This document shows, piece after piece, positions 62,794-64,000 of a stretch of DNA of 64,000 nt. Origin of the DNA: Octopus sinensis (lineage: Eukaryota); contig NC_043022.1 in NCBI RefSeq assembly GCF_006345805.1, forward strand, positions 19,220,001 through 19,284,000, written 5' to 3'. Every line of letters begins with the position of its first letter. Position 1 is the first letter of the stretch. Position numbers and translations under genes: made by a program. The notes under the pieces were generated by a model, which saw nothing but the letters and a program-made list of their open reading frames with translations, was not told where the DNA came from and made no database searches.

Positions 62794-62869
62794 TTATACA
62801 TATGTATCTATGTATGTATATGTATATAACTCTTACTTGTTTCACTCATTTGAGTGCAGCCTTGCTGGA

Positions 62870-63042
62870 TCACTGCCTTTTAGTTGAAAAGTTTTGGGCC
62901 CAATCCACTTCATGGACCCTAAGTAATGAATGTGTAAAATTTGAATGAAATCGGTTGAGTAGTTCTTGAGTTTTACTGATGCACTCACACACACACACAC
63001 ACACAGATGTGCATGCGTGATCTCAGTTTTATATATATAGAT
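62870..63042 (+). mobile_element. Non-autonomous Helitron/Helentron (DINE-like) 3' end
   Basis: AAATTTGAATGAAATCGGTTGAGTAGTT..(CA)n..TTTTATATATATAGAT architecture. Confidence 0.45.
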
Positions 63043-63547
63043 TATTCACCAACGACTGTGAGTTTTGAACTGAAACATTCCAGGTTCAAATGCGAGGAAG
63101 GTTTCCTGCATGGCAGTTTGGGTAAGTGTCTGAGCAAGGCTTTGTGAGTGGATTTGATAGACTGCAACTGCAAGAAGCCCATCATAGGCATACACATATA
63201 CATGTATGCCTACATGTATGTGTATATATATATATATATTTTTTTTTTTACTTGTTTCAGTCATTTGACTGCGACCATTCTGGAGCACCACCTTTAGCCG
63301 AGCAACTCGACCCCGGGACTTATTCTTTGTAAGCCCAGTACTTATTCTATCGGTCTCTTTTTGCCGAACCGCTAAGTTACAGGGACGTAAACACACCAGC
63401 ATCGGTTGTCAAGCAATGCTAGGGAAACAAACACAGACACACAAACATACATATAGCAGAAGACACTTGCCCAAGATGCCACGCAGTGGGACTGAACCCG
63501 GAACCATGTGGTTGTTAAGCAAGCTACTTACCACACAGCTGCTCCTG

Positions 63548-63597
<50 letters not shown>

Positions 63598-63598
63598 A

Positions 63599-63631
<33 letters not shown>

Positions 63632-63759
63632 TGTGTGTGTGTGTATGTCCATGTCTATAAGAGCGAGTGTATGTGAGAGTAAATGCAACCTGACTCAATG
63701 AATTTCTTCTGATCCATGCTATAGAGAAATGAGATAAGAAATATCTTTTATCAACTTAC

Positions 63760-63859
63760 CATTTGTCAAGAAACATCTATGGTAATCAAGTACATTAAAC
63801 AGATAAGGAATGAAAATACAGGAATATATTTTGTAATTTGCCATATTCTGCAGTTTTAC
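63760..63859 (-). CDS. Repeat-module extracellular protein, B-type exon (phase 0-1)
   Basis: ttttctctttttctcttacttttAG acceptor and G|GTAAGT donor; 100 bp. The only open frame reads VKLQNMANYKIYSCIFIPYLFNVLDYHRCFLTN(D). Size, phase and Cys pair match exon 58829-58736. Confidence 0.65.
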
Positions 63860-64000
63860 CTAAAAGTAAGAGAAAAAGAGAAAATTACGACTCAAGGAAT
63901 CACATGGGTTTAGACGGGGGTCACTTTGTTCTGCATCCAGTAATTATGCAGATGTGAAACACCTAAGTTAATCCATCCTTTTACTCTTTTACTCTTTTAC

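Overview
Eukaryotic genomic DNA that is AT-rich and dominated by microsatellites and SINEs. The repeat families and gene structure suggest a coleoid cephalopod, probably Octopus; this is inferred and not database-checked. Two spliced protein-coding genes face each other tail to tail. (1) Plus strand: a short stand-alone SH2 adaptor (EGFRAP/tensin-SH2-like) with three well-supported exons (23193-23279, 25909-26080, 27615-27818) and two candidate alternative first coding exons (4125-4210, 12966-13108). (2) Minus strand, mostly missed by the ORF track: five phase-compatible exons (63859-63760, 59326-59079, 58829-58736, 56407-56181, 52717-52618) encoding a tandemly repeated ~110-aa beta-rich module rich in N-glycosylation sequons, possibly PLAT-like; its start lies beyond the window and its end is unresolved. 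The rest is mobile DNA: about 25 SINE-A copies, more than 25 SINE-B copies, several SINE-C/D copies, a young CR1-like LINE 5' half (ORF1 with Myb/SANT-like and CCCH domains; ORF2 endonuclease), CR1 and RTE 3' fragments, Penelope-like fragments carrying minimal hammerhead ribozyme motifs, hAT and piggyBac MITEs, a mariner fragment, a 41-bp hairpin minisatellite, a 1.3-kb tandem duplication and at least six long fold-back palindromes. Nearly all long ORFs in the supplied track are microsatellite or SINE read-through. All coordinates were counted by hand; repeat boundaries are approximate.
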